Shown: piece by piece, positions 1 to 8,390 of the stretch | Numbering within the stretch: position 1 is the first letter of the stretch | How the letters are laid out: each line of letters starts with the position of its first letter | IMG/VR virus record: IMGVR_UViG_3300002220_003854 | Span: 23,967 to 87,966 of that record | Length of the DNA: 64,000 nucleotides | Source of the DNA: a virus | Lineage: Duplodnaviria; Caudoviricetes | Reading direction: 5' to 3' (one strand) | Made by a program: the position numbers and the translations under genes | Notes under the pieces: generated by a model | What the model was told of the DNA's origin: nothing | What the model saw: the letters and a program-made list of their open reading frames with translations, nothing else | Database searches by the model: none

Positions 1-275
1 GCCCGCTTGGTATTATCCGAAAGCCGAATCAGTTGATCATACTCCCTTGCCCACTGAACCCCACGCAACCAAACTTCTAGTTCTTCTAGTGTGCCGACGA
101 AGATGTCAACGTCACGAGAATATACGGGAAGTGATTCGCTGTCTTTGGGTTTTAGTGCGATTCGTGAACCGTACTCATTACTATTGTAATGTTTAGGGTT
201 TGCTAGCATGAACCCCAATTCATCGCATTCTTTTTCAATTCTCCGAAGAAGAAGAACGGTATTATAACCTGCCAT
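1..275 (-). CDS. hypothetical protein, runs off window edge
   Basis: Hand-translated from ATG at 275: MAGYNTVLLLRRIEKECDELGFMLANPKHY...; open to position 1. Confidence 0.7.
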   Translation of the reverse strand, partial: MAGYNTVLLLRRIEKECDELGFMLANPKHYNSNEYGSRIALKPKDSESLPVYSRDVDIFVGTLEELEVWLRGVQWAREYDQLIRLSDNTKR

Positions 276-316
276 GTTAACAATCCCTGTGAACAGCGTT
301 TGACATCTTTTCTATT

Positions 317-523
317 TTAACTCTTAAAGATTTTATCCAACACTAGTTCTGCTAGATCGGTTTCAGTTACCTCATCAAATGCGGTAGCAATCATGAGTTC
401 GTACACCACTTGAGCTTCAGTGCCCAAGACAGATAGGATATAGTTGACTTGTTTTTGGTCAGTTGCTGCCCACAGCAGGTTCGCAATATGCACTTGGAAG
501 TCATTTTTCAGTACAAGTTTCAT
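317..523 (-). CDS. hypothetical protein
   Basis: 68 aa ORF, overlaps the stop of the upstream gene. Confidence 0.65.
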   Translation of the reverse strand: MKLVLKNDFQVHIANLLWAATDQKQVNYILSVLGTEAQVVYELMIATAFDEVTETDLAELVLDKIFKS

Positions 524-1164
524 CAGATAAACACCTTTGCATAATTCAGTTGGGTTGAGTTTTCTTTGTGCGCTTTGACCTTCGCCTCTACCGTGACAAA
601 TTTGCCCAAATCAAGAAAAGCTCGGTGGGCAAAATACACAATCTGATCTTCTTTAGTGATGCAGGTTACGAAATACGTATTGTATTGTTGTGAATAATTG
701 CACTTCAGGACTTCACACTGTTCTAGACGAATTTTATTGCCAGGAACACCGATGCAGCCACCTGTTGCAAAATTAATTCGTTGATTTACTTGGTCTCTAA
801 CCGCCGTTCGTTCATACGTTGAGGGCAGAGAGCAAATAACTGCGATATCGTAATTGGCTTGAATGGTATCCCTGTTCGAGATGACCATGGCATTATTTTC
901 AAAATCATTCAGCTTAATGCCTTTAAGGATTTTGAAAGTTAGACCTTTAAAGTAGGTGCGAACTTTTTCAGCCTGGTCTCGGTCGCATTGCTGGATCAAG
1001 TCAGTTTGGCCCAAAAACAGATCGACAATTTGACGATTAGTGTCTCCCTTCTCACCTACGGGAATGAACTTCACATAATTCCCGTTAATTCGCTGAGCAG
1101 CGCAGGCTGCTGCCCACACATCGTTGGCGTCAAAATTAAATACGGAGTGTTGTTTGCGAGCCAT
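523..1164 (-). CDS. hypothetical phage protein, possible C-terminal OB-like fold
   Basis: 213 aa; beta-rich C-terminus ...FVTVEAKVKAHKENSTQLNYAKV; sigma70 promoter upstream. Confidence 0.6.
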   Translation of the reverse strand: MARKQHSVFNFDANDVWAAACAAQRINGNYVKFIPVGEKGDTNRQIVDLFLGQTDLIQQCDRDQAEKVRTYFKGLTFKILKGIKLNDFENNAMVISNRDTIQANYDIAVICSLPSTYERTAVRDQVNQRINFATGGCIGVPGNKIRLEQCEVLKCNYSQQYNTYFVTCITKEDQIVYFAHRAFLDLGKFVTVEAKVKAHKENSTQLNYAKVFI

Positions 1165-1193
1165 TATTCGTATTGCTTAATTGTGAAGAATCA

Positions 1194-1222
1194 ATTGTAC
1201 TTGTTATTGTAATTATTGTCAA
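1194..1222 (-). promoter_or_regulatory. sigma70-type early promoter
   Basis: TTGACA-17 nt-TACAAT on the minus strand. Confidence 0.75.
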
Positions 1223-1233
1223 CCCCAATGTTG

Positions 1234-1536
1234 TCAACGTACGCCACTGGTCATGTCACGAACCAGACGCTTATATCCCTCGGTACTGACTTCATATCCA
1301 GCGTTTTTGAGCATACGCTTGACATTCGGATGAATGTACCCCTTTGCGCTGAGAATGGACAGAGGAGCTTCACCATTCTCAATTTTGAGAAAGTATTCCT
1401 CAACTGTAAAGTTCTTAACCAAGAACGTCAAAAACGTAGCCTTACCACTCTTGTTGTGCTTAAATCGGGCGACAAACTTGCCACCGTATGTAACGTACTC
1501 TTGGCCAGAAAACTCAGACTTGACGAATTTAGTCAT
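1234..1536 (-). CDS. hypothetical early protein
   Basis: 100 aa ORF directly downstream of a consensus promoter. Confidence 0.7.
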   Translation of the reverse strand: MTKFVKSEFSGQEYVTYGGKFVARFKHNKSGKATFLTFLVKNFTVEEYFLKIENGEAPLSILSAKGYIHPNVKRMLKNAGYEVSTEGYKRLVRDMTSGVR

Positions 1537-1561
1537 TTACGACTCACTCAACAATAGAAGT

Positions 1562-1590
1562 ATTATATGCCCTATCTGATTTATTGTCAA
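1562..1590 (-). promoter_or_regulatory. consensus sigma70 early promoter
   Basis: TTGACA-17 nt-TATAAT, perfect match. Confidence 0.85.
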
Positions 1591-1849
1591 ATCATCAGAG
1601 GGCGGATATCCGTAACGGTGAATTTCCAATATACTGTACATTAGTATAGGTTGTATATAAAATTAAGTAGTAACATACACGTATTGTAGCATTGGGTATA
1701 CTATAGATGGGATGCCGAGACCACTGTACATAGTAAGTACATACAGAAATAACTACGAAAGCTATTATGAATAATAACGTAACTCAGGAACAAATCCATA
1801 TCTATTTCAAACGTGCCGATCTGGGCGGCAATTGCGTCCGCAATGACAT

Positions 1850-2455
1850 ATGGAAACAATAAATCAATCGCAGGTGAATATTCTATGTTGTCATGCCTGG
1901 AGTGATTTAGTAGAATTGTTAAAAACTCAACCAAAATCAATATGCGTTAACGCAGATGAATTGCAATATACTTCTTGCATAGAGATAGTAAATATGATAA
2001 ACACACTTGCTAAATTATCAGGAATCGATAAGATAACCGTGACGCTAGGTGTCAACAAAAATACTACGTTGCAGCAAGTTAAAGAGGCGCAAAAAAGCGA
2101 AATGTTTGGTATAGTACCGTCGATCAGTGACTATGACATAATCGAAACTACTAGAGGATTATGCGCCCAATGGAACAACATACCGTATTGGCCTAAACAC
2201 ATACTGGATGAATTACCTGGAGCAAAGAAACCGGCAGTAAAAGTACAGACTGAAATCAATCTGACTCCCAGACAAGAACAGATATTACACCTAATACAAG
2301 AACGCGGAGCAAGCAATAAAACGATAGCTAAAACATTGCATATAACCGAAAGCACTGTTAAATTGCACGTCGGGATAGTCCTTAAAAAATTTGGTGTAAA
2401 GAATAGGACTCAATTAGCATTATTCGGGAAAAGTAAGAATCAACAAAGTGAATGA
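1850..2455 (+). CDS. LuxR/NarL-family HTH regulator, N-terminus possibly frameshifted
   Basis: C-terminal LTPRQEQILHLI...SNKTIAKTLHITESTVKLHVGIVLKKFGVKNRTQL; overlapping short ORF 1767-1862 in an adjacent frame. Confidence 0.85.
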   Translation: METINQSQVNILCCHAWSDLVELLKTQPKSICVNADELQYTSCIEIVNMINTLAKLSGIDKITVTLGVNKNTTLQQVKEAQKSEMFGIVPSISDYDIIETTRGLCAQWNNIPYWPKHILDELPGAKKPAVKVQTEINLTPRQEQILHLIQERGASNKTIAKTLHITESTVKLHVGIVLKKFGVKNRTQLALFGKSKNQQSE

Positions 2456-2601
2456 TTGCCCCCTAAATAATTAGTTATAAAGTCTAATGTGTCTATGTGT
2501 ACTGGCTGCGTCCATTGAAATTACTTTAAGTATTATAGAGAAATGCAACTTTAGTGAATGGTTCACTATTAACGCTGTTCTCTAATTTAAGGAAAATTAA
2601 A

Positions 2602-3396
2602 ATGGCAGACGTAGATACAGCAATGCTATCAAAAGAACACAGCGACATCCGTCGTGAAGGCGCTGAGCACACCTCCGACATCCGTCGTGAAGCAGCAGAA
2701 CACCGCGCATCAATGACACAAGAAAACATGAAGGGTTTTGACCGTGTTAATGCTGATGTTCTGAGAGGAACAAATGAGATAGTTAAAGAAGGTTTGAAAG
2801 AATCTTTCAATATTCGCGGTGATGTTAAAGACAGTCGGTATGATGTGTCTGAGCGGGTTGGTAATCAAGGTGATCGCATTGTTGATAGACTAACAGAGCA
2901 TGACTCAAGGGTTGCTGCTCGTTTCTTTGACGTTGGACGTGACACACAAGACATTCGTGCTCAAATTATTTCAGCACAACAGGCAATGGTTACTGGTTTC
3001 TTGGGAGTTACTAAGGACACAGAAATTGCTGCTCTGAAGACTCAGATGGATGCTAGTAAAAATACTTCTTACATTGTTGATAAGGTCACATCAGACGGTG
3101 ACAAGACTCGTACTCTTATCAACGATCTCAAGTATCACGATCTAAACCGTGGCCTAGTAGAGCGTCAAACCGCTTTAGTAAGTGCCGAACATGAGCATCG
3201 TCACTATCGTGACCGTTGGTTAGATGGTCGTTTTGATCAAAACCAAGCACAGTTCGCTGGACAGTGGGCACAGTTGCAGAGCCAATTACAAGCATTCCAG
3301 AGTCAACTACAAGAGACTCGTCAAGGTATGGTTAATTTCGGCACTATGTCTGGTCAGTCTGGACAACAATCAAGCACTAGCAACAACGTAAGATAA
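2602..3396 (+). CDS. helical/coiled-coil protein with 11-aa N-terminal repeats
   Basis: AAGGA SD before ATG 2602; EHSDIRREGAE/HTSDIRREAAE repeats; Q-rich C-terminus. Confidence 0.8.
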   Translation: MADVDTAMLSKEHSDIRREGAEHTSDIRREAAEHRASMTQENMKGFDRVNADVLRGTNEIVKEGLKESFNIRGDVKDSRYDVSERVGNQGDRIVDRLTEHDSRVAARFFDVGRDTQDIRAQIISAQQAMVTGFLGVTKDTEIAALKTQMDASKNTSYIVDKVTSDGDKTRTLINDLKYHDLNRGLVERQTALVSAEHEHRHYRDRWLDGRFDQNQAQFAGQWAQLQSQLQAFQSQLQETRQGMVNFGTMSGQSGQQSSTSNNVR

Positions 3397-3428
3397 TCGG
3401 TTCGCTTCCGATGTGTTGTAGCAAGGTT

Positions 3429-3460
3429 GGGGCGGGCTATAAAAGGCCCGCCCCTTTTTT
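3429..3460 (+). terminator. intrinsic terminator
   Basis: GGGGCGGGC/GCCCGCCCC 9-bp stem followed by T6. Confidence 0.85.
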
Positions 3461-3475
3461 AAGATAGGAGATGCT

Positions 3476-4084
3476 ATGAATGGCCTAGAACGAAGACTAG
3501 TGGAATTGAACGAAGCACTGTTGAAATTAAATGCTGGGGAGAAATTAGACCCTAAGATATTTGATCAAGCAAGACAAGTGTTAAGTGGTGGCACTACTAT
3601 TAACACTGGGCCGGGCGATGACACTGTGATAATAAACCAAGGAGCAGGAGATGACTGTAAAGAATGTCCCCCAGGACCCCCAGGACCCCCAGGCCCTCCG
3701 GGACCTGCAGGAGAGGTTGGTCCGCCTGGAGAACCAGGCCCTCCGGGAGAATCTGGCCCTCCAGGACCTCCTGGTCCGCCTGGAGAATGTTCTAACGCAT
3801 GCAATAGAGTTTTGGTATCGCAAGACTACACTGCTAAAGTGGATGATTATTATATTGGTGTTAATAGTACTGGACCGGTTACTATCACACTTCCCTCAGA
3901 TTGTGCAAATAGTTGCGAGATTGTGGTAAAAGCTGAAATGGGACCCCCATTAGGTAATCGAAAGATTACCATAGTACCGGCTGACGAATGGCAAACTATA
4001 GACGGGTCTTCAGAGTACATAATTGAAGTTCCGTATCAGGCAGTGAATCTTATATGCAATGGAGGTGACTGGTGGATCATATAG
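3476..4084 (+). CDS. collagen-like (GPP repeat) protein with C-terminal beta domain
   Basis: About 13 G-X-Y triplets flanked by Cys; C-terminal [23 protein letters not shown] domain. Confidence 0.85.
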   Translation: MNGLERRLVELNEALLKLNAGEKLDPKIFDQARQVLSGGTTINTGPGDDTVIINQGAGDDCKECPPGPPGPPGPPGPAGEVGPPGEPGPPGESGPPGPPGPPGECSNACNRVLVSQDYTAKVDDYYIGVNSTGPVTITLPSDCANSCEIVVKAEMGPPLGNRKITIVPADEWQTIDGSSEYIIEVPYQAVNLICNGGDWWII

Positions 4085-4518
4085 ATGTCTCTCCCACTAA
4101 TCTAGAAATATTAAGATTAGCGAAAGAATTAGCTTATAGTGACTATAATAATCGCAAAGCGGACCTGCATAACAGGTGGGTAGCAGAAAGTGATTATATG
4201 TGGAGAACCCATAAGTTGAGAGTCGCTTATCCACCCATACCATCTTTTCCATCTGAAGAAGATATAATGAAAATTGCATCTAGGTTACTTGAATTTTTAA
4301 GTATACCCAGAACTGATTTTGAAAATCAAGCTGCTATAAAGGAAGTGACAGAATTAATTTATCAGACTACTATTGATTTAGACGAAGAAAAACAAATTGT
4401 AGAACCAGTAGTATCTAACTCTACCGAATTAACTACCAAAGAAAATTCTAAAGAAGATGTAGTAGAAGTTACCAAAAACAACACCGTATTAGACAAAATC
4501 AAAAAAATATGGAAATAA
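4072..4518 (+). CDS. hypothetical protein, paralog of 5383..5652
   Basis: [14 protein letters not shown]...[19 protein letters not shown] resembles DILAMAKDYVAQDF...PEFPGLDKILETAERMYAF. Confidence 0.7.
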   Translation: MDHIDVSPTNLEILRLAKELAYSDYNNRKADLHNRWVAESDYMWRTHKLRVAYPPIPSFPSEEDIMKIASRLLEFLSIPRTDFENQAAIKEVTELIYQTTIDLDEEKQIVEPVVSNSTELTTKENSKEDVVEVTKNNTVLDKIKKIWK

Positions 4519-4534
4519 CCTTAAGGAGACTAAC

Positions 4535-4909
4535 ATGAATAATAGACCTAAAATGTTTAGAGGACCTAAACAAAACTCTAAACCCGGACACTATCCGCAA
4601 GACCGTTACTGGCCCCACGACTATCATTGGCGAAGGTATTGTAATTGGGATGACAGATACTGGGATGATGACAGATACTGGGATGATGACAGATATTATG
4701 TACAAGAGCCAATTAGAAACGCTGGACCAAGCGGACCGAGTGGCCCGAGACCAGCGAAAATGGAAGAAAGTTATTGCGATTGGTATATAACTATGGCGTA
4801 TCAACAAGGATACAAAGATGGGTTTAAAGCAGGGTTAGATTATGCAAAACAGGAAGAATCTGACACTGTAATACCTGAAACTACAGAAACTAAGGCAGAA
4901 ACTAAATGA
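4535..4909 (+). CDS. Trp/Asp/Tyr-rich repeat protein
   Basis: AAGGAG SD; WDDRY-WDDDRY-WDDDRY repeats. Confidence 0.75.
   Translation: MNNRPKMFRGPKQNSKPGHYPQDRYWPHDYHWRRYCNWDDRYWDDDRYWDDDRYYVQEPIRNAGPSGPSGPRPAKMEESYCDWYITMAYQQGYKDGFKAGLDYAKQEESDTVIPETTETKAETK
4646..4696 (+). repeat. 15/18-bp tandem coding repeat
   Basis: tgggatgacagatac tgggatgatgacagatac tgggatgatgacagatat. Confidence 0.9.
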
Positions 4910-5355
4910 GCTACTTATCTAACCCAACTAGTAAAACAGACTACGGTGTTGTCAAAGTAGGCAACTTTATAGACGTAGACACTGACGGGCTTATTTCAAG
5001 TCCTGAAATAATCGCAGGTCCTGGGGTGTCAGTAGAGTATGATATTGGGTACATCACAATATCTTCTACCGGGGCCGATTTAATTAACGTATACGGCACA
5101 ACTACTAACTATACTGCTACAATAGATGACGAATACATTGGAGTTTATAGCACTAATGCAGTTACTATCACTTTACCACCAGGAGTTAACGGTAGAGTTT
5201 ATTATGTCAAAGATGAGTATGGACAAGGTTCAGGAAAGATTACTATTCAACCTAGCTTAGGTGAAACCATCGATTCTAAACCTAATTATGTTATTAGTAT
5301 ACCTAATCAAAGTGCAGCTATGGTGTTTAGAGCAGGCATATGGCGATTGATTTAA
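4906..5355 (+). CDS. fibre/decoration-type protein sharing the C-terminal domain of the collagen ORF
   Basis: YTATIDDEYIGVYSTNAVTITLP vs [23 protein letters not shown]. Confidence 0.75.
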   Translation: MSYLSNPTSKTDYGVVKVGNFIDVDTDGLISSPEIIAGPGVSVEYDIGYITISSTGADLINVYGTTTNYTATIDDEYIGVYSTNAVTITLPPGVNGRVYYVKDEYGQGSGKITIQPSLGETIDSKPNYVISIPNQSAAMVFRAGIWRLI

Positions 5356-5384
5356 AATAAAAGGGTCCTAGGACCCTTTTATTT
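5355..5384. terminator. bidirectional terminator
   Basis: Perfect palindrome aaataaaagggtcctaggacccttttattt between convergent genes. Confidence 0.9.
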
Positions 5385-5652
5385 ATTTACGTGGGCTAGC
5401 TTGATTTACGAACGCGTACATTCGTTCGGCTGTTTCTAATATTTTATCTAAGCCTGGAAATTCTGGCATTCCCACTTTAGTAACGACTTGCCCAGTCTTG
5501 GGATCCTTTTCGACTGATGTTTCCCATCCCATATACTTGTAATGAAAATCTTGCGCCACATAATCTTTCGCCATTGCTAAGATATCTGAGCGTATTTCAT
5601 ATCCGTTCTTGTTTATTTTCAATTCTGGCATTGAAGGTAATTTGTTTTCCAT
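5383..5652 (-). CDS. hypothetical phage protein
   Basis: 89 aa, KNGYEIRSDILAMAKDY motif; GGAG SD. Confidence 0.75.
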   Translation of the reverse strand: MENKLPSMPELKINKNGYEIRSDILAMAKDYVAQDFHYKYMGWETSVEKDPKTGQVVTKVGMPEFPGLDKILETAERMYAFVNQASPRK

Positions 5653-5706
5653 TAGTGTCTCCTCATGTATGTTAATATCTATTATAGGTTTATTAAACCT
5701 ATTAGG

Positions 5707-5823
5707 TTAAAACCAATATCGATGATTTTTATACTTTGCCATTATTGCGTTTTTTCTAGATTCTATTAGAACGTCCATAAAATTGCTGAGCCAAGCATAA
5801 AATTGTTTAAATGAATTTTTCAT
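5707..5823 (-). CDS. small ORF, 38 aa (not in the ORF track)
   Basis: MKNSFKQFYAWLSNFMDVLIESRKNAIMAKYKNHRYWF; fills the operon gap. Confidence 0.55.
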   Translation of the reverse strand: MKNSFKQFYAWLSNFMDVLIESRKNAIMAKYKNHRYWF

Positions 5824-5824
5824 G

Positions 5825-5959
5825 TTAATGTCTACCTATTATTGTAATATATTCTAGCGTGAATCTTTCTATGTCAGAGATAGTCAGAGGACTCTTACTC
5901 AAAACATATTTTTCTAATTCAGTGGCATATGATTTTTCTTTGCAGAAAAAATTTAACAT
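5825..5959 (-). CDS. small ORF, 44 aa (not in the ORF track)
   Basis: MLNFFCKEKSYATELEKYVLSKSPLTISDIERFTLEYITIIGRH; abuts the next ORF. Confidence 0.55.
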   Translation of the reverse strand: MLNFFCKEKSYATELEKYVLSKSPLTISDIERFTLEYITIIGRH

Positions 5960-5973
5960 TTTCTGTAGAATAA

Positions 5974-6204
5974 TCATATCCATTTCCTAGTCTTCCACAA
6001 GGAAGCGCAATCAGGTAACATGGTTGATACTGTTGTGATAGCGGTCAATCCAGTATCGAATGCTTCTCTAGCGATATCAGCTTGTATATCCACAATGTGA
6101 TTCAATGCAGCGCTTACTTTAGAATCGCTGATGAAAGCACTAACTGCTTGTTTATTTGTTTTTTGCACCATGTCGATCATGGCATGTGTAATTGAACTAA
6201 TCAT
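5974..6204 (-). CDS. amphipathic helical protein, phasin-like (tentative)
   Basis: GGAG SD before ATG 6204; MISSITHAMIDMVQKTNKQAVSAF...; TATAAATA upstream at 6243-6250. Confidence 0.5.
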   Translation of the reverse strand: MISSITHAMIDMVQKTNKQAVSAFISDSKVSAALNHIVDIQADIAREAFDTGLTAITTVSTMLPDCASLWKTRKWI

Positions 6205-6320
6205 ATATTTTCTCCTGTGTGTGTTGAGCAATTGCTCATTCTTATTTATATGCTGCACCCGCACATAATAATAAACTATTGCGAAAAATGGGTAATTATA
6301 TAACGTCTAGGACGTGATAC

Positions 6321-6722
6321 TTAACGTAAATTGATTGATGATAGATATTCTGACAATGATCCATGCAATGACATCCACATTGCAATCTTACTATCATAAA
6401 ATCTAATGAATGGTTTATATGGTTTTGTTTTTCGATCAAGTCCTAGATAATAAGGACATTTTATCTTTTTATCCAAATCTATCAGAAATCGATATTGCCC
6501 TTGATTACTTAGTGAATAGGTATAATCAAAGTATTCGATTTCTGCTAGAGTGAATGCGACAACCCCATCATCTGTCAGTCTTAGACCAGATTGTCTTTTG
6601 GTAAACCACCATTTGCTCAGCAATGAATCAATGGGAAAATCATGATCATTGGTGAGTTCTTTGGGAATTTCAGCTAAGACAGCTTCGGTAATTTGTTCTT
6701 TTAATGACTTACTCGGCTTCAT
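6321..6722 (-). CDS. hypothetical protein
   Basis: 133 aa ORF in a tightly overlapping operon. Confidence 0.7.
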   Translation of the reverse strand: MKPSKSLKEQITEAVLAEIPKELTNDHDFPIDSLLSKWWFTKRQSGLRLTDDGVVAFTLAEIEYFDYTYSLSNQGQYRFLIDLDKKIKCPYYLGLDRKTKPYKPFIRFYDSKIAMWMSLHGSLSEYLSSINLR

Positions 6723-7008
6723 TTGGGTACACAGTAGTACCTTTATTCATAAACACCACAGAAAATTTATCTGTTTTAAACTGTGCATTCAATTTCCTAC
6801 AAAGGTTTCTAGCATGTCCCGGATTGCTAAAACTAGTTTTTTTGTATTTAGGCGTAGTGTGTGAATCTAGGTAATGCTGAGCCTTTAAGTTGATAGGTTG
6901 ATCATTATAAAACACTGCCCATATGCCAGCAGCTTCTATTATTTGATCACACTTATAAGTCTTCTTGTCTACTAGTTCTAGTAGAATTTTTGGTTGAGTC
7001 CTACTCAC
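6709..7008 (-). CDS. hypothetical protein
   Basis: 99 aa ORF, overlapping operon. Confidence 0.7.
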   Translation of the reverse strand: MSRTQPKILLELVDKKTYKCDQIIEAAGIWAVFYNDQPINLKAQHYLDSHTTPKYKKTSFSNPGHARNLCRKLNAQFKTDKFSVVFMNKGTTVYPNEAE

Positions 7009-7208
7009 TTGAAAGATCCGCCTTTAATATCTAATTTAATTACTGGCTCAACATCGGATTTCTTTTCAGTGTCTGCGAACTTGTCTGCTATTAGCTTAGC
7101 CAACTCGTCGCGTAATCCCCTGGCTTCGGATATCGGGATTACTATGTCTTTACCCTGTTTACTTTCTATTATAGAAACTTTATCAATGAACCGTTTTATA
7201 TGAATCAT
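7005..7208 (-). CDS. hypothetical protein
   Basis: 67 aa, ATGA-type overlap. Confidence 0.65.
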   Translation of the reverse strand: MIHIKRFIDKVSIIESKQGKDIVIPISEARGLRDELAKLIADKFADTEKKSDVEPVIKLDIKGGSFK

Positions 7209-7663
7209 AAGTTATTTATCTGTACTTTTGCCTCATCTTCAGTTTTAAAAGGTCCTAAGTATGCATATCGTTGAACAAAAATATACTTCGGACAAAATAC
7301 TACTTCAGTAGCTGAAGGTTGTTTCAATGCAAACCAACCTGCCGCATGATAGCATTTACTCTTGAGTGTTTTTGTATACAGATGCAATTTACGCCTTACA
7401 TCCAACATTGAATTATAAACTTTATTTGTGGTTGGATATTCTGAATACGGTAAATTAGTACCAGCACTAGGAGACTTTAAGGGTTGAAATTTAATATGAG
7501 TTTGCCGCTTAAGGTCGTTAGTGTCTTCATATTGAGTGCTGCTCCCGTGTATCTTTAAACTGACACCCGTGTTAGTTACGACAACGTTGCCTATTTTATT
7601 TTCGCCGTCAGTAACTATCCAGTATTGATCTTTAATTATAGGTTTAGCTACTAAGTTCGTCAT
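7205..7663 (-). CDS. hypothetical protein
   Basis: 152 aa with AAGGA SD. Confidence 0.7.
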   Translation of the reverse strand: MTNLVAKPIIKDQYWIVTDGENKIGNVVVTNTGVSLKIHGSSTQYEDTNDLKRQTHIKFQPLKSPSAGTNLPYSEYPTTNKVYNSMLDVRRKLHLYTKTLKSKCYHAAGWFALKQPSATEVVFCPKYIFVQRYAYLGPFKTEDEAKVQINNL

Positions 7664-7677
7664 GTGATTTTCCTTTA

Positions 7678-7941
7678 TTATGTATTTCGTAGTATATACA
7701 TGACCGCGTCTGAGTCGGGAATCCTCACCAGATCATGCGGATACTTATTATGTTCGCCGCTACTGTAGGCGCGTGCTTCTTTCAGAATTTCTTTTACACT
7801 AATCATTTTGGGATGCAGTTTTGTAACTCTACCGATCATTAGTCTGTTTTTATGCGCTACAGCTACTATAGAATCGACCGTGATTACATTACCCAATCGA
7901 TCAACGTGTTCAATCAGTTTAACACTTTTGTTAGATGTCAT
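7678..7941 (-). CDS. hypothetical protein, SH3/KOW-like beta-rich
   Basis: 87 aa, DRLGNVITVDSIVAVAHKNRLMIGRVTK. Confidence 0.6.
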   Translation of the reverse strand: MTSNKSVKLIEHVDRLGNVITVDSIVAVAHKNRLMIGRVTKLHPKMISVKEILKEARAYSSGEHNKYPHDLVRIPDSDAVMYILRNT

Positions 7942-8386
7942 TTTTAGTTAATTCGCTAATCAAAAGTAAATGGTCGTGGGCTTTTTTAACTGATGGGTTT
8001 GCCAGTAGTTTATTAGCCTCAGCGATCATGGCGTCTACACCAGCACTAGCTAGTTCACGACAGCTAGGACTAGTTAGGGTGGGCATTCTATCTGCAAATT
8101 CGTCACAGAATTTTTTCCACACTAATGCTTCATCTTTCGTAATTTTACTATGCATCGGTTTTAAGTTGCTAGCTTTGACCATAGCATCAGAAATGGCATC
8201 CAGTGCAACTTGTCCAGCTGCAATCATAGGTGCATAGTCGGGATTTACATTGTATTTTCTACTAGTAATACCAGGATTGCAAATGATTAGATGCGTCCCT
8301 TTTGGATAGCTATCTAGCCAAGCACTATCATATTCTGCAACAGGTATGTAATCGTTACCAATCTTTTCATAGTAAACTTTTTTCAT
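7931..8386 (-). CDS. hypothetical protein
   Basis: 151 aa ORF. Confidence 0.7.
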   Translation of the reverse strand: MKKVYYEKIGNDYIPVAEYDSAWLDSYPKGTHLIICNPGITSRKYNVNPDYAPMIAAGQVALDAISDAMVKASNLKPMHSKITKDEALVWKKFCDEFADRMPTLTSPSCRELASAGVDAMIAEANKLLANPSVKKAHDHLLLISELTKNDI

Positions 8387-8390
8387 TATA

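Noticed and set aside
3565-3929. Gly/Pro- and Arg-rich alternative ORFs
   Set aside because: Other frames of the collagen repeat
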